A DNA stretch of 64,000 nucleotides from an uncultured Clostridia bacterium (lineage in GTDB: Bacteria; Bacillota; Clostridia; Christensenellales; UBA1242): positions 22,373-86,372 of the forward strand of contig CAKVLR010000003.1 in NCBI GenBank assembly GCA_934757855.1, in the 5' to 3' direction. This document shows, piece by piece, positions 15,712 through 25,900 of this stretch. Positions within the stretch are counted from its first letter, which is position 1, and each line of letters starts with the position of its first letter. The position numbers and the translations under genes are program-made. The notes beneath the pieces were generated by a model that was given only the letters and a program-made list of their open reading frames with translations, made no database searches and had not been told where the DNA came from.

Positions 15712-16842
15712 TTATAGATTTTTCAATGCTTTTAAGTAATTGTTGTATCTATCAAATTTATCTAATGGGAATTGCTCATTCAATGTTTCTTCCACATCTT
15801 TTTTCGCTCTACTACTCAACTTAGGCAACTCCACTTTTACAGTTATCAGCATATCGCCATAACTGTTTTTATTTAATTGTTTGATACCCTTGCCTTTCAA
15901 TTTTAGTACCGTACCACTTTGTGTATTTTCTGGAATATTCAGTTCAAGTTTTCCTTCCAAACTAGGAATTAATACCTTACCACCAAACATTGCCACGGTA
16001 AATGGAACTGGCAAATCTAACAATACATCAAAGCCATCTCGTTTTAATAACTGATGTTTTGCAACTGTAACATAAATTTGCAAGTCACCAGCGGGACCAC
16101 CACGAAGTCCAGCTTCGCCATAACCGTGTACAGTCACGACTTGCCCGTCATCTATACCAGCAGGTATATTTATAGACACCGTGGTTTGACTGCGTTTTGC
16201 ACCAGCACCACCACAAGTAGTACACTTTTCACGAATAACCTTACCAGTACCATTACAGTTTTTACAAACACCACTATTCATCACTCTACCAAATATAGTG
16301 TCTTGCGTAAATTGCACAGTACCGCTACCATTACACTCGCTACAAGTGGAATACTCTGTACCATTTTTAGCACCGGTCCCCTTACATTCGCTACATTCTT
16401 GCGTACGCATATAAGTAATATCACGCTTTACGCCTTTTGCAGCCTCCTCAAAAGTAAGGTTAACTTTTACATTGATATCTCTACCTTGCACGGCATAATT
16501 GTTTCCGCGCGCTCCACCAAAGCCTCCGCCAAATATATCACCAAATATATCGCCAAAGTTAAAGTTAAATCCGCCCTGCGACCCAGAACTTTGCCTTCCG
16601 CCGAAAAAGTCATTCATATTTGGACCTTTGGCATCGCCGTATTGGTCGTAATTTGATTTTTTCTGCGGGTCGCCCAAAACTTCGTATGCTTCATTTATTT
16701 CTTTAAACTTAACACTCGCTTCTGGGTTGTCTTTGTTTAAATCAGGGTGATATTTTTTTGCAAGTTTACGGTATGCCGACTTTATTTCATCAGCACTAGC
16801 GTTTTTATCTACCCCTAATATTTCATAATAATTTTGAGCCAA
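15712..16842 (-). CDS. dnaJ: molecular chaperone DnaJ
   Basis: 376 aa with J domain (YHPD), a Gly/Phe-rich linker and four CxxCxGxG zinc-finger motifs. Confidence 0.97.
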   Translation of the reverse strand: MAQNYYEILGVDKNASADEIKSAYRKLAKKYHPDLNKDNPEASVKFKEINEAYEVLGDPQKKSNYDQYGDAKGPNMNDFFGGRQSSGSQGGFNFNFGDIFGDIFGGGFGGARGNNYAVQGRDINVKVNLTFEEAAKGVKRDITYMRTQECSECKGTGAKNGTEYSTCSECNGSGTVQFTQDTIFGRVMNSGVCKNCNGTGKVIREKCTTCGGAGAKRSQTTVSINIPAGIDDGQVVTVHGYGEAGLRGGPAGDLQIYVTVAKHQLLKRDGFDVLLDLPVPFTVAMFGGKVLIPSLEGKLELNIPENTQSGTVLKLKGKGIKQLNKNSYGDMLITVKVELPKLSSRAKKDVEETLNEQFPLDKFDRYNNYLKALKNL

Positions 16843-16858
16843 TTTACTCTCCGTTTAA

Positions 16859-18688
16859 CTATTTATTTTCTTCATCTGCTTTTTTAGCATCTGCATCTTT
16901 AACTTCAACATCTGGTTCATCTTTGTTTTCTTGAGCCTTTGCTTGTTCAGCGCCTGCTTGATACAATTTAGTGATTACATCTTGACTTGATTTTGACAAA
17001 TCTTCAACAGCCTTCATAATCTTGTCTTTGTCATCAACTTTAATTTCTTCCTTAGCCTTTTCAATAGCATCGGTCAATTTCTTTTTGTCTTCTTCAGAAA
17101 TCTTGTCGCCATTCTCGCGCAAAGCCTTTTCTAGTCCCAAAATCATAGAGTCTGCTTGGTTGCGTTGCTCGATAACTTCACGGCGTTCTTTGTCCTCTTT
17201 CGCGTATTTTTCTGCGTTTTTAATTGCTTCGTTAATCTCATCATCTTTCATATTTGAACTTGAAGTAATAGTAATTTGTTGTTGTTTACCAGTACCCAAA
17301 TCTTTTGCGCTGACATTTACGATACCATTTGCATCAATATCAAATGTTACTTCGATTTGAGGCACGCCACGAGGTGCTGGTGGAATGTCAGTAAGGTTAA
17401 ATCTTCCCAAAGTCTTGTTGTCTTTTGCAAATTCACGCTCACCTTGCAATACATGGATTTCTACACCTGGTTGATTGTCGGCAGCAGTTGAGAATACTTG
17501 TGATTTCTTTGTAGGAATAGTTGTGTTTCTGTCGATAATACGAGTGAATACACCACCCAATGTTTCAATACCTAATGACAATGGAGTTACATCAAGTAAC
17601 AATACATCTTTTACATCACCACCAAGTACACCACCTTGAATAGCAGCACCGATTGCAACACATTCATCAGGGTTGATACCCTTAAAGCCTTCTTTACCAG
17701 CAAAGTTCTTTACCGCTTCACAAACAGCAGGGATACGAGTACTACCACCTACCATAATGATTTTGTTGATTTGGTCTTTTGTAAGGTTTGCATCTTTCAA
17801 TGCAGCAGAAGTCAAATCAATAGTTTGTTGCACTAAATCACTTGTAATGTCATCAAATTTTGCACGAGTGAGTTCGTATTCCAAGTGTTTTGGTCCGCTT
17901 GCATCAGCAGAAATAAATGGCAAACTGATAGTTGTGCGTGTAGAAGCAGACAAATCAATTTTTGCTTTTTCAGCAGCCTCTTTCAAACGCTGTAATGCTG
18001 TACGGTCGCCTGACAAGTCGATACCTGTTTGCGCTTTAAATTCTTTTTCAAGCAAGTCAACAATTCTTTGGTCAAAGTCATCACCACCAAGTCTATTGTT
18101 ACCCTTTGTTGCGATTACCTCAAATACACCATCGCCAATTTCAAGGATTGACACATCAAATGTACCACCACCAAGGTCAAATACCAACAATTTTTGGTTT
18201 GCATTTTCCGCTTTGTCAAGACCATAAGCAAGAGCAGCAGCGGTTGGTTCGTTTATAATACGCAATACATCAAGACCTGCGATTTTACCAGCATCTTTTG
18301 TTGCTTGTCTTTGACTGTCTGTAAAGTAAGCAGGCACTGTAATAACCGCTTGCGTTACTTTTTGTCCCAAATAACTTTCTGCATCATTTTTAAGTTTAGT
18401 CAAAATCATTGCACTAATTTCTTGAGGAGTGTATTCCTTGTCCTCAATCTTTACTTTGTAGTCACTACCCATTTCACGCTTAATGCTTGAAACCGTGTGT
18501 TCTGGGTTTGCAACTGCTTGACGCTTTGCAACTTGACCTACAAGTCTTTCACCATTTTTTGCGAATGCTACTACACTTGGAGTAGTGCGCGCTCCTTCCG
18601 CGTTTGCAATAACTACTGGCTCGCCACCTTCCATTACTGCAACACAAGAGTTTGTTGTACCTAAGTCAATACCTATAATTTTAGACAT
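16859..18688 (-). CDS. dnaK: molecular chaperone DnaK (Hsp70)
   Basis: 609 aa with [22 protein letters not shown] and the other Hsp70 signatures. Confidence 0.98.
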   Translation of the reverse strand: MSKIIGIDLGTTNSCVAVMEGGEPVVIANAEGARTTPSVVAFAKNGERLVGQVAKRQAVANPEHTVSSIKREMGSDYKVKIEDKEYTPQEISAMILTKLKNDAESYLGQKVTQAVITVPAYFTDSQRQATKDAGKIAGLDVLRIINEPTAAALAYGLDKAENANQKLLVFDLGGGTFDVSILEIGDGVFEVIATKGNNRLGGDDFDQRIVDLLEKEFKAQTGIDLSGDRTALQRLKEAAEKAKIDLSASTRTTISLPFISADASGPKHLEYELTRAKFDDITSDLVQQTIDLTSAALKDANLTKDQINKIIMVGGSTRIPAVCEAVKNFAGKEGFKGINPDECVAIGAAIQGGVLGGDVKDVLLLDVTPLSLGIETLGGVFTRIIDRNTTIPTKKSQVFSTAADNQPGVEIHVLQGEREFAKDNKTLGRFNLTDIPPAPRGVPQIEVTFDIDANGIVNVSAKDLGTGKQQQITITSSSNMKDDEINEAIKNAEKYAKEDKERREVIEQRNQADSMILGLEKALRENGDKISEEDKKKLTDAIEKAKEEIKVDDKDKIMKAVEDLSKSSQDVITKLYQAGAEQAKAQENKDEPDVEVKDADAKKADEENK

Positions 18689-18794
18689 AATATTTATCTC
18701 CTTAATTCTATAAAATTTTTATAATATATAAAGGCTTTTTTTGCCATAGCGTTAAATTTAATTTGCTACGGCAAAATTTGATAGCCGTTATTTT

Positions 18795-19376
18795 TTATTT
18801 TGCAATTTTTACCATTGCCACACGGACAACGCCTGTTGGGCTTGTAAAGCCTCGCTTAAATTCTTCCACAATCTGTCCGCTAGGCACGCCCTCAATTTCC
18901 TCAGCCACAACTACATTGTGTAGATTTGGGTCGTACTGGCAACCTACTGTTTCGATAGGTTCGATTTGTAGCGATTTTAGATTGTTTAAAAATTCGCGTT
19001 CAATCATTTCAAAGCCTTTCAATGTGTCCGCATCGGTAATATGCTTGCTTGCCGAAGAAATTGCATCAAGCGCTGGAAGCAAGGTTTTCACTGCTTCGTA
19101 AATACCGTTTTGTCTAGCCTCACTCGCTAGATTTGCGTTGCGTTTGCGATAATTTGCGAAATCCGCCTGCAACTGTTGCACCATTTTGGTTAGTGCCATA
19201 CTATTTTCTTTTTCAATTTGAAGTTTTAAGTTCAAATCCTCAGGTGGCGACAAATCATCGCCACATTGCTCCCCCGCTACCAGGTCATCTTCTTGACCAA
19301 CGCTGATGTTTTGTTGTTCTTCTTTTTCCTCATCAGCAATTATTTGTTCTTGCTTAAAATCTTTATTTTTCATCAT
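18795..19376 (-). CDS. grpE: nucleotide exchange factor GrpE
   Basis: 193 aa with an acidic N-terminus, a coiled coil and a C-terminal beta domain (GFTSPTGVVRVAMVKI). Synteny hrcA-grpE-dnaK. Confidence 0.92.
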   Translation of the reverse strand: MMKNKDFKQEQIIADEEKEEQQNISVGQEDDLVAGEQCGDDLSPPEDLNLKLQIEKENSMALTKMVQQLQADFANYRKRNANLASEARQNGIYEAVKTLLPALDAISSASKHITDADTLKGFEMIEREFLNNLKSLQIEPIETVGCQYDPNLHNVVVAEEIEGVPSGQIVEEFKRGFTSPTGVVRVAMVKIAK

Positions 19377-20469
19377 CTTCTCCTTCTGGGGCTGAATTTA
19401 ATGCTTTTAAGTTTTCAAATTCACCAACAACAAATTTCAACGCACTTGCAATTTTTGCATAGTCCATTCGTTGCGGTCCAATAATACCAATACTTGCGAT
19501 ACTCTCGCCATCTACCGTATAATCGGCACGCGCAACCGCACATTCTTGCAAATCAGCCACTGGAATTTCTGCACCAATTTTGAATGTAATTTCATCTTCA
19601 TTTTCATCTGTAAAGATAGGTTCTAGTTCTGTTGGGTTTGTAAGCACATCGATTACTCGTTTTGCTTTGTCCAAATCTTGATATTCTGGACTATTTAGCA
19701 ATCTCAACTCACCCTTGGCGGTCACACCACCAGTCGAGGCAATTTTTTCACTCAAAGTCTTTAACGATGTAATCATTGTGTCAAAAATACCCACAAAATC
19801 TAGCAAGTCGTTGCTCATTTGCGTGCGATAATCTTCGATATTTTGTATCATATCGGCAACTGTTCGATTTGCAAAAGTTGTGGTCAAAAAATTGCTCGCA
19901 TCGACATAAGTTTGATTTGGTGTATCCGTATTTGCTGGCATAAAATTGTTGATAATTCCACTGTTTGTTTCAATCAAAATCAACGCTTGCCCCGTCATAA
20001 GCGGTACAATCTTGACATTTTTGATTGTCAATTTTTCAAAACCTTTTAGCATTACAACAGTTGGATAGTTGGTCGCCTTACTGACAACATCAGCAATTTC
20101 ATTTACCATATCGCCAAGATACACGGCACGATTATCAAATATTTGGTGAATTTCATCAAGAATATCAGTGTCAAGAGGAACATCACCCATTATTGAGTTT
20201 ACAAAATACCTATAACCTTTTGCAGTTGGTACTCTACCACTCGAAGTATGTAGTTGTCGTAAATAACCCATTGCTTCTAGCGCATTCAACTCATTTCTCA
20301 ATGTTGCCGTACTCAATTCCGCGCAACACTTGTTACGAATATTGCTACTCGTTATCGGGCTTGCACCTTGTATGTAATCTTCAACGGCACTGAGCAAAAT
20401 TTGTTTTTTTCTTTCGCTCAAAATCTCGTCATCAAAAATACAACCACCTCCCAAATTTAGAGTGGTCAA
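19363..20469 (-). CDS. hrcA: heat-inducible transcription repressor HrcA
   Basis: SSGRVPTAKGYRYFV and an overall HrcA-like sequence. The track start (TTG at 20469) has no usable RBS. Alignment to B. subtilis HrcA suggests the true start lies near ...EILSERKKQILL (about 20427-20439) downstream of GGGAGGTGG. The exact start codon is uncertain. Confidence 0.9.
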   Translation of the reverse strand: MTTLNLGGGCIFDDEILSERKKQILLSAVEDYIQGASPITSSNIRNKCCAELSTATLRNELNALEAMGYLRQLHTSSGRVPTAKGYRYFVNSIMGDVPLDTDILDEIHQIFDNRAVYLGDMVNEIADVVSKATNYPTVVMLKGFEKLTIKNVKIVPLMTGQALILIETNSGIINNFMPANTDTPNQTYVDASNFLTTTFANRTVADMIQNIEDYRTQMSNDLLDFVGIFDTMITSLKTLSEKIASTGGVTAKGELRLLNSPEYQDLDKAKRVIDVLTNPTELEPIFTDENEDEITFKIGAEIPVADLQECAVARADYTVDGESIASIGIIGPQRMDYAKIASALKFVVGEFENLKALNSAPEGEDDEK

Positions 20470-20502
20470 CCTTGGTTGCTAGCACTCATTTATATTTGAT
20501 TG

Positions 20503-20529
20503 TTAGCACTCTTTCTTGTTGACTGCTAA
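20503..20529 (-). promoter_or_regulatory. CIRCE operator (HrcA binding site)
   Basis: TTAGCACTC-N9-GACTGCTAA, compared with the consensus TTAGCACTC-N9-GAGTGCTAA (one mismatch). It lies directly downstream of the -10 box. Confidence 0.85.
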
Positions 20530-20530
20530 T

Positions 20531-20559
20531 ATTCTACAACTATATTATGCACTTGTCAA
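20531..20559 (-). promoter_or_regulatory. sigmaA promoter of the hrcA operon
   Basis: On the minus strand: TTGACA (20559-20554), 17 nt, TAGAAT (20536-20531). Confidence 0.7.
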
Positions 20560-20737
20560 CTAAAAATACACATTTTTTTGAAAAATTTTAAAAATTTTTT
20601 TATATAATTTTTTCCAAAAGCACCTAACTCCTCTTATCATATATAATATATATTAAGAGTGTTAAGAAATCTTATAGCAATAAGAAATTACACCACATTA
20701 TTAAAATATTTTTGCTTGACGAGGGCTTGCACTCCAT

Positions 20738-20772
20738 AAAAAAGAAAAAACACCCTGAAAATTCAAGGTGTT
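20738..20772 (-). terminator. terminator of the 109-aa membrane-protein gene
   Basis: AACACC (20749-20754) pairs with GGTGTT (20767-20772). On the minus strand it is followed by TTTTTTCTTTTTT. Confidence 0.45.
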
Positions 20773-20780
20773 TAGTTCTA

Positions 20781-21110
20781 TTAGCCAATAACCAATGGAA
20801 TGATAATACCAAGTATAATTACTAGTAACAATACAAAGTAAAGCACTTTCCATACAGTAGGTTTACCACTGACATAGCGCCAAGCGAGGTAAGCAACGAT
20901 ACCTACCATAATGGCAGTGCCGATATTTTGCAATACCCTAACTGCTGTAACAGATACATTACAAGCAGATAAAATCATAGCGATTAAGTAAAGAATTGCA
21001 ACCGCGCCTATTGTATAAAAAGAAATTTTATTTAAGCCCCAAGCACTGCTTTTTTTGCTAGAAGATGATTTTGTAGTGCTTTTTGAACTTGTCTTTTTTT
21101 GTTCAGCCAT
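20781..21110 (-). CDS. hypothetical small membrane protein (3 predicted TM) with Lys/Ser/Thr-rich N-terminal tail
   Basis: 109-aa ORF with RBS AAAGGAG. N-terminus MAEQKKTSSKSTTKSSSSKKSS, then three hydrophobic segments. Confidence 0.7.
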   Translation of the reverse strand: MAEQKKTSSKSTTKSSSSKKSSAWGLNKISFYTIGAVAILYLIAMILSACNVSVTAVRVLQNIGTAIMVGIVAYLAWRYVSGKPTVWKVLYFVLLLVIILGIIIPLVIG

Positions 21111-21148
21111 TTTATTTACTCCTTTATTGAATTATGACAATATAATAC

Positions 21149-21168
21149 TACTTTTTTGCAAAAAAGTA
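21149..21168 (-). terminator. AT-rich palindrome after sigK (possible terminator)
   Basis: Perfect 20-nt palindrome TACTTTTTTGCAAAAAAGTA about 20 nt after the sigK stop. Confidence 0.35.
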
Positions 21169-21187
21169 AATCATTTGTATCAAAATT

Positions 21188-21895
21188 TTAGTCCGCATAC
21201 AACTTTTTGACACTTACTTGTGCGCGCACGGTTTCAAGCGCCTTCTTTTCCAACCTACTGATATAACTGCGTGAAATGCCCAGTTTTTTCGCTACTTCAC
21301 GCTGAGTGTAAGCCACTTTACCGCCTATACCATAGCGCATACATAGTATTTGATATTCCCTATCAGAAAGCGAGTTGCGAATAATTTTGATAAGTTTTTC
21401 GGTCAAAATATTATTTTCCACCATTTCCATAATATCAGTATCTAGGTCACAAATTACATCTGCAAGCATAATTTCATTACCATCTTTTTCCGTGCCGATT
21501 GTTTCTTCGAGTGAAATATTGCCTTGATGTTTCTTATTTGCTCTAAATAACATCAAAATTTCATTTTCTATGCAACGCGCAGCATAGGTGGAAAGTTGCG
21601 CGCCTTTATCAGGTGAATAACTGTTTATTGCCTTAATTAAGCCGATTGCCCCAACAGAAATCAAATCATCTGCCTCTTTTGAACTATTGCTGTATTTCTT
21701 AACAATATGAGCAACCAACCGCAAGTTATGCGAAACTAACACACTTTTGGCATTTTGGTCACCTTGTTGCAATAATTGAATGTATTTTTTCTCCTCCTCT
21801 GGCGAAAGAGTTTTTGGAAAACTTGAAGCGTGGTCCACATACGATGAAAATAGCATTATTTTGTTCATAAAAGCGACAAATGTTTCTATTATCAA
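21188..21895 (-). CDS. sigK: sporulation sigma factor SigK (pro-sigma-K), uninterrupted
   Basis: Strong by-eye alignment to B. subtilis pro-SigK: [31 protein letters not shown] / [71 protein letters not shown]. I place the start at TTG 21895 (GGAGGTG RBS 7 nt upstream). That gives a 19-aa pro-peptide before YVDH. The track's longer ORF (to 21937) contains the RBS inside it. Confidence 0.85.
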   Translation of the reverse strand: [235 protein letters not shown]

Positions 21896-21964
21896 ATATT
21901 CACCTCCAAATTTAATAAATAATATATATGAAGGCAAATCACAAAAATTGCTTGTCCAACTAAA

Positions 21965-22396
21965 TTATTTGTAACGAGGCGGATATAAATTATGCTTTAA
22001 AATCGGCTTTTTTATTTTCTTTTTATTCTTTATTGTATTTTTTATTGCTAAATACAATTCAAACAACCCTATAAATATCAAAAATATACCAAACAGTAGT
22101 CCTAGCGTTTCGCTTTTTATTCTACCCACAAATAATGCGGAAACTACCGCAGTCGCAATCGCTGGACCGATAATAATAGCAAAAATTTTGTAATCTATGA
22201 GTTTATTTTTGGCGTGAATTATAACCGCAATTATGCCAGTAGGTATGAATACCAAAAGGTTCATTGCTTGCGCTAAATGCTGTTCTACGCCTAAAAACAT
22301 AGTGAGTATTGGTATTAATAGCGTGCCTCCACCCATTCCCATTCCGCCCACCAACCCACCAAATAGTCCTGCTATTGATAGAAAATACCAAGGCAT
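21965..22396 (-). CDS. TauE/SafE (TSUP) family half-size membrane protein, C-terminal-half homologue
   Basis: 143 aa with 4 TM and GGMGMGGGTLLIPIL. It has its own RBS (AAGGAGGA). Confidence 0.8.
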   Translation of the reverse strand: MPWYFLSIAGLFGGLVGGMGMGGGTLLIPILTMFLGVEQHLAQAMNLLVFIPTGIIAVIIHAKNKLIDYKIFAIIIGPAIATAVVSALFVGRIKSETLGLLFGIFLIFIGLFELYLAIKNTIKNKKKIKKPILKHNLYPPRYK

Positions 22397-22411
22397 AATT
22401 TTTCCTCCTTT

Positions 22412-22768
22412 TTAAAATAACATTCTAATTCCTGCAATCATTACTACAAGTGCAAAGATATATTGCAAGATATTATTTGATAAATTTTTGAGTAAATATG
22501 CACCCACAACTCCTCCTACAACTGACCCCAAAGTCGTGTAAAGCACCATATCCCAGTTTACAAATCCGTTTGAATAATACACTATCGCGCTGGCAATACT
22601 TATCGGTAGCATTATGAGTATTGCAGTCGCCTGCGCCTGCTTATTTGACAAACCTATTAAAAGTAATGCTGGCACACATATCATACCTCCGCCTCCACCA
22701 AAAAAACCGTTTATGATACCTATAAACACGCCCGCAAACAACAGCCCCCATACTTTTTTAGCAGTCAT
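22412..22768 (-). CDS. TauE/SafE (TSUP) family half-size membrane protein, N-terminal-half homologue
   Basis: 118 aa with 4 TM and FFGGGGGMICVPALL. Confidence 0.8.
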   Translation of the reverse strand: MTAKKVWGLLFAGVFIGIINGFFGGGGGMICVPALLLIGLSNKQAQATAILIMLPISIASAIVYYSNGFVNWDMVLYTTLGSVVGGVVGAYLLKNLSNNILQYIFALVVMIAGIRMLF

Positions 22769-22831
22769 AACGCGTTATCCTCCAAATATTTTGATAATAT
22801 TAAATTTATCTACAAAAGTGTGCTTAAAAAC

Positions 22832-22860
22832 TTGCTTTATTTTGCTTAATGATATATAAT
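22832..22860 (+). promoter_or_regulatory. sigmaA-type promoter of the 1075-aa gene
   Basis: TTGCTT (22832-22837), 17 nt, TATAAT (22855-22860). Confidence 0.5.
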
Positions 22861-22917
22861 AGGTTGTATATTATGCGCCGAAATTATGCGCTTAAAACTA
22901 TATAAAAGGTAATTAAT

Positions 22918-25900
22918 ATGACTAAAAAATGTTTCTCAACTAAAACTTTTATCCTCACTATTATTTTGGTGCTTTCCTTCATTTTTATGCAAAATGCTTG
23001 GTTCTTCGCTAGTTTTATTGCACAAAAAAGCACTTTTGCTAGCAGTGACAATAGTAGCCCAAAATCTACTATTGATGTTAGTGACAACATTAGTAACAAC
23101 AATTTTGCTAGCACTACTGGTAGTTCGTTACCCGCTTCCCCTTCAAGTTGGAGCGTTTGGGATTCAAACACCCATATCAAACCTGAGGCTAGTGGTGTAA
23201 TTGATTTAACACCAAAAACTTACCAAAACAACTATGTAGAAAACTACAAACTAGGTGGTTTCTCTACACAACCAGTACAACGAAATGGTGTGACTGAGCA
23301 ATATGTATTGATGATTAATAGTGGCAACAATGGAAGTAAAACCGTTTCTATAAATTACGGTTATAAGACAACATCTGACTTTACGCTTGCTCCAAATAGT
23401 TTCTACGCAATCAGTGCTTATGTATTTACTAGTAGCAATGCACACGCAAGTGTTTATTTGACTGGTACAGAAGTAGAAAAGACTGCTACAAACGCAATTA
23501 CTGGTATTACTGCTACTGGTTGGACACAAGTAACAATTTATGTAGCAACTGGTACTGAAAAAGAAATCAACGCAGGACTACAACTTTTCCTCGGTGAAAA
23601 AGGCACTGAAAACACAAGTGCTGGTTATGTTTTGTTTGATAATATCACTATGACTCGCTACTCTGGCGACCAATTCAATAAAGTATTAAATAGTTCTCCA
23701 AAGTCAACTTTTGTTGATATGCGTCCTAGTTTTGTGACTGCTGGTAACGATGGTTATGTGGCAAATGGTGACTTTTCTATCGCACTTAACACTGACTGGA
23801 CACAACAAACATCTAAAAAAGCAAATTCAGCATACATCGCTGATTTGTCACTTGCTCAAAATATTAACGACAAATATGTAACTATCGGCACAAACCAAAG
23901 AGGCAACCAAAATGGTGTGATTTTGAGCGCTAACGGCGGTTACAACGCGATAAAATCTGCTGATATTGAAATTAAGCAATCACAACTTTACAAGATTTCG
24001 TTCTGGGCAAAAGGCGAAATTACTACTGGAAATATAAACTTCAAGATTAGTGGCAACTTGCCTAGCGAAACTGTGGAAGATGAAACACCTGTTTCTGCTA
24101 GCATTACTACCCTTGCTACTGACACAACAGCATTAAATAATTACTGGGGACTTTACAGTTTCTATGTGGAGGGCAATCCATTGTTTGACTCAACTGTAAA
24201 CCTTTACTTAGGCTTAGGTTCTGAGTCTAGCGATGCTACTGGTTACATTGCCGTAACTGGTATTAAGACCGAAAAAGTGACTACAACTCACAAATCAAAC
24301 AGTACTTCAAACTCTGCTACCTTGCAAATGTTTGGTTCAAATAGTTTGAGTTTTGCAAATGCTTCATTCAACTATGTAAATATTGATGAAGTAAACGCAA
24401 ACTACCCTTACACTCCTCAAAACTGGACAAAAACAAACAGTAATGCAACAGGTATTAGTGGCGTAGTAAATATTGAATCTTCTCGTTGGGCAAATGCTGG
24501 ATTTAGTTTTGCTCGCCCACAAAAAACTGGAATTAACGATTCTGACAATGTATTAATGATTCGCAATACAAGCAAGAGTTACCAAAGTTACAAAAGCGAC
24601 AGTGTAAACTTGTCTGCTAATGGTTATGCTTTGATTACCGTAGAAGTTAATGCACAAAACCTTACACAAGGTAGTTATGGGTACATTTTTATCAAAAATT
24701 CTAATGATGTAATCCTCGCTACTGTAAGAGTTAGCAACACTTCAAACTGGCAAACATACAAAATTTACTTGCACAACTACTACACTGCACAAGACTTAAC
24801 CGCTGAATTGGCTCTTGGTACGAGCGAAAATTTGGCACAAGGCAATATTTATTTTGACAACTGCACAATCGACACAAGTATTACCGAAGAAGATTTTACA
24901 TCTGCAAAAAGTATGAGTAGCAATGTTAGCGCAATCGACCTTGTGGCTGACACTTTAACTATGTCAAACTTTGATGGCTCTCCTACCCTTTTTGATGGAA
25001 ACAATGGCTCAAATACTGACACAAACTACCTTGCAAGCGGTATTATGGATGTAAGAAGTTACGAGAGTTACTTTGAGGGCAACCCTACCGCTCCTTCTGC
25101 TGACAACAACAAAGTTATGTACATTGGCTCAACTGAAAATGCATACTACTACTTTGCCAGCAAATTGACTTACAAGTTCACTTCTGGCACTTACTACAAA
25201 TTTACTGTAAAAGTTAGGACTGTAAACATTACTCCTGATGCCGAAGGCGAATACAACGATGAAGGTATGCCAATAATTCACGGTGCTAGTATCGCGATTA
25301 GCGGTATCGACAAGAGTTTTACTGGAATTAATACAGGTAAAGAAAGTAACGCAGGCTTTGATGACCCACTAAACACTTGGACTGAATACACAATGTATAT
25401 CAACACAGCCGAAGATGTAAATGGTACAATTCAACTAGGTTTGGGAAACAGCACAATGCTTACCGCTGGTTATGCTTTCTTTGCTGACTTGCAAGTTATC
25501 TCTATGACCGAAGATGAGTACAAGAGCGCTACTGTTGGTCTAGATGAAAACAACTTACCTAACAACATTTTACTTGCTACAAACACAACAACTGATGAAG
25601 ATGATAACACAAACACTTACAACTCAATCGACTGGTTTGCTATCCCTACTATCATTATTGCAGTAGCAGTAATTGTTGCAGTAGTTGGCTTCTTTATCAA
25701 GAAAATATATGCAAATAGACCTAGAAAAACTGCTACAATCAACAACAATTACGACCGTTTGCAAACTTTGATGAAAGATGTTGACCGTCGTGAACGCAAG
25801 ACTGCTATCACTCACAAAATTAAATTGTTGCACGAAGAATTGGAACAATCAAAACAATTCTTGCAACAAGAAAGCGAAGAACTCGAAAGACAAACTCACG

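Noticed and set aside
16054-18227. Long antisense ORFs inside dnaJ/dnaK (200 aa, 184 aa), with similar ones inside comM, uvrB, gatB, ileS and the giant genes
   Set aside because: They are shadow ORFs on the opposite strand of strongly supported genes, with low-complexity Ser/Thr/Phe-rich translations, no RBS and no motifs.
20581-20700. Small ORFs or an sRNA in the 311-bp gap upstream of hrcA (AAGAGGAG SD-like sequence, AT-rich palindromes CTCTTA...TAAGAG and TCTTATAGCAATAAGA)
   Set aside because: The SD-like sequence is not followed by a plausible start codon or an ORF longer than 7 codons. The 19-26-aa ORFs present lack RBSs. The palindromes are AT-rich and could arise by composition.
21188-21937. 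skin-like intervening element or split sigK
   Set aside because: The ORF is continuous and aligns with full-length pro-SigK. No recombinase gene is nearby.
21965-22768. Frameshifted TauE/SafE pseudogene
   Set aside because: The second half has its own strong RBS and ATG 15 nt after the first half's stop, and both halves are complete 4-TM units. I treat them as two genes, though an assembly indel cannot be excluded from the sequence alone.
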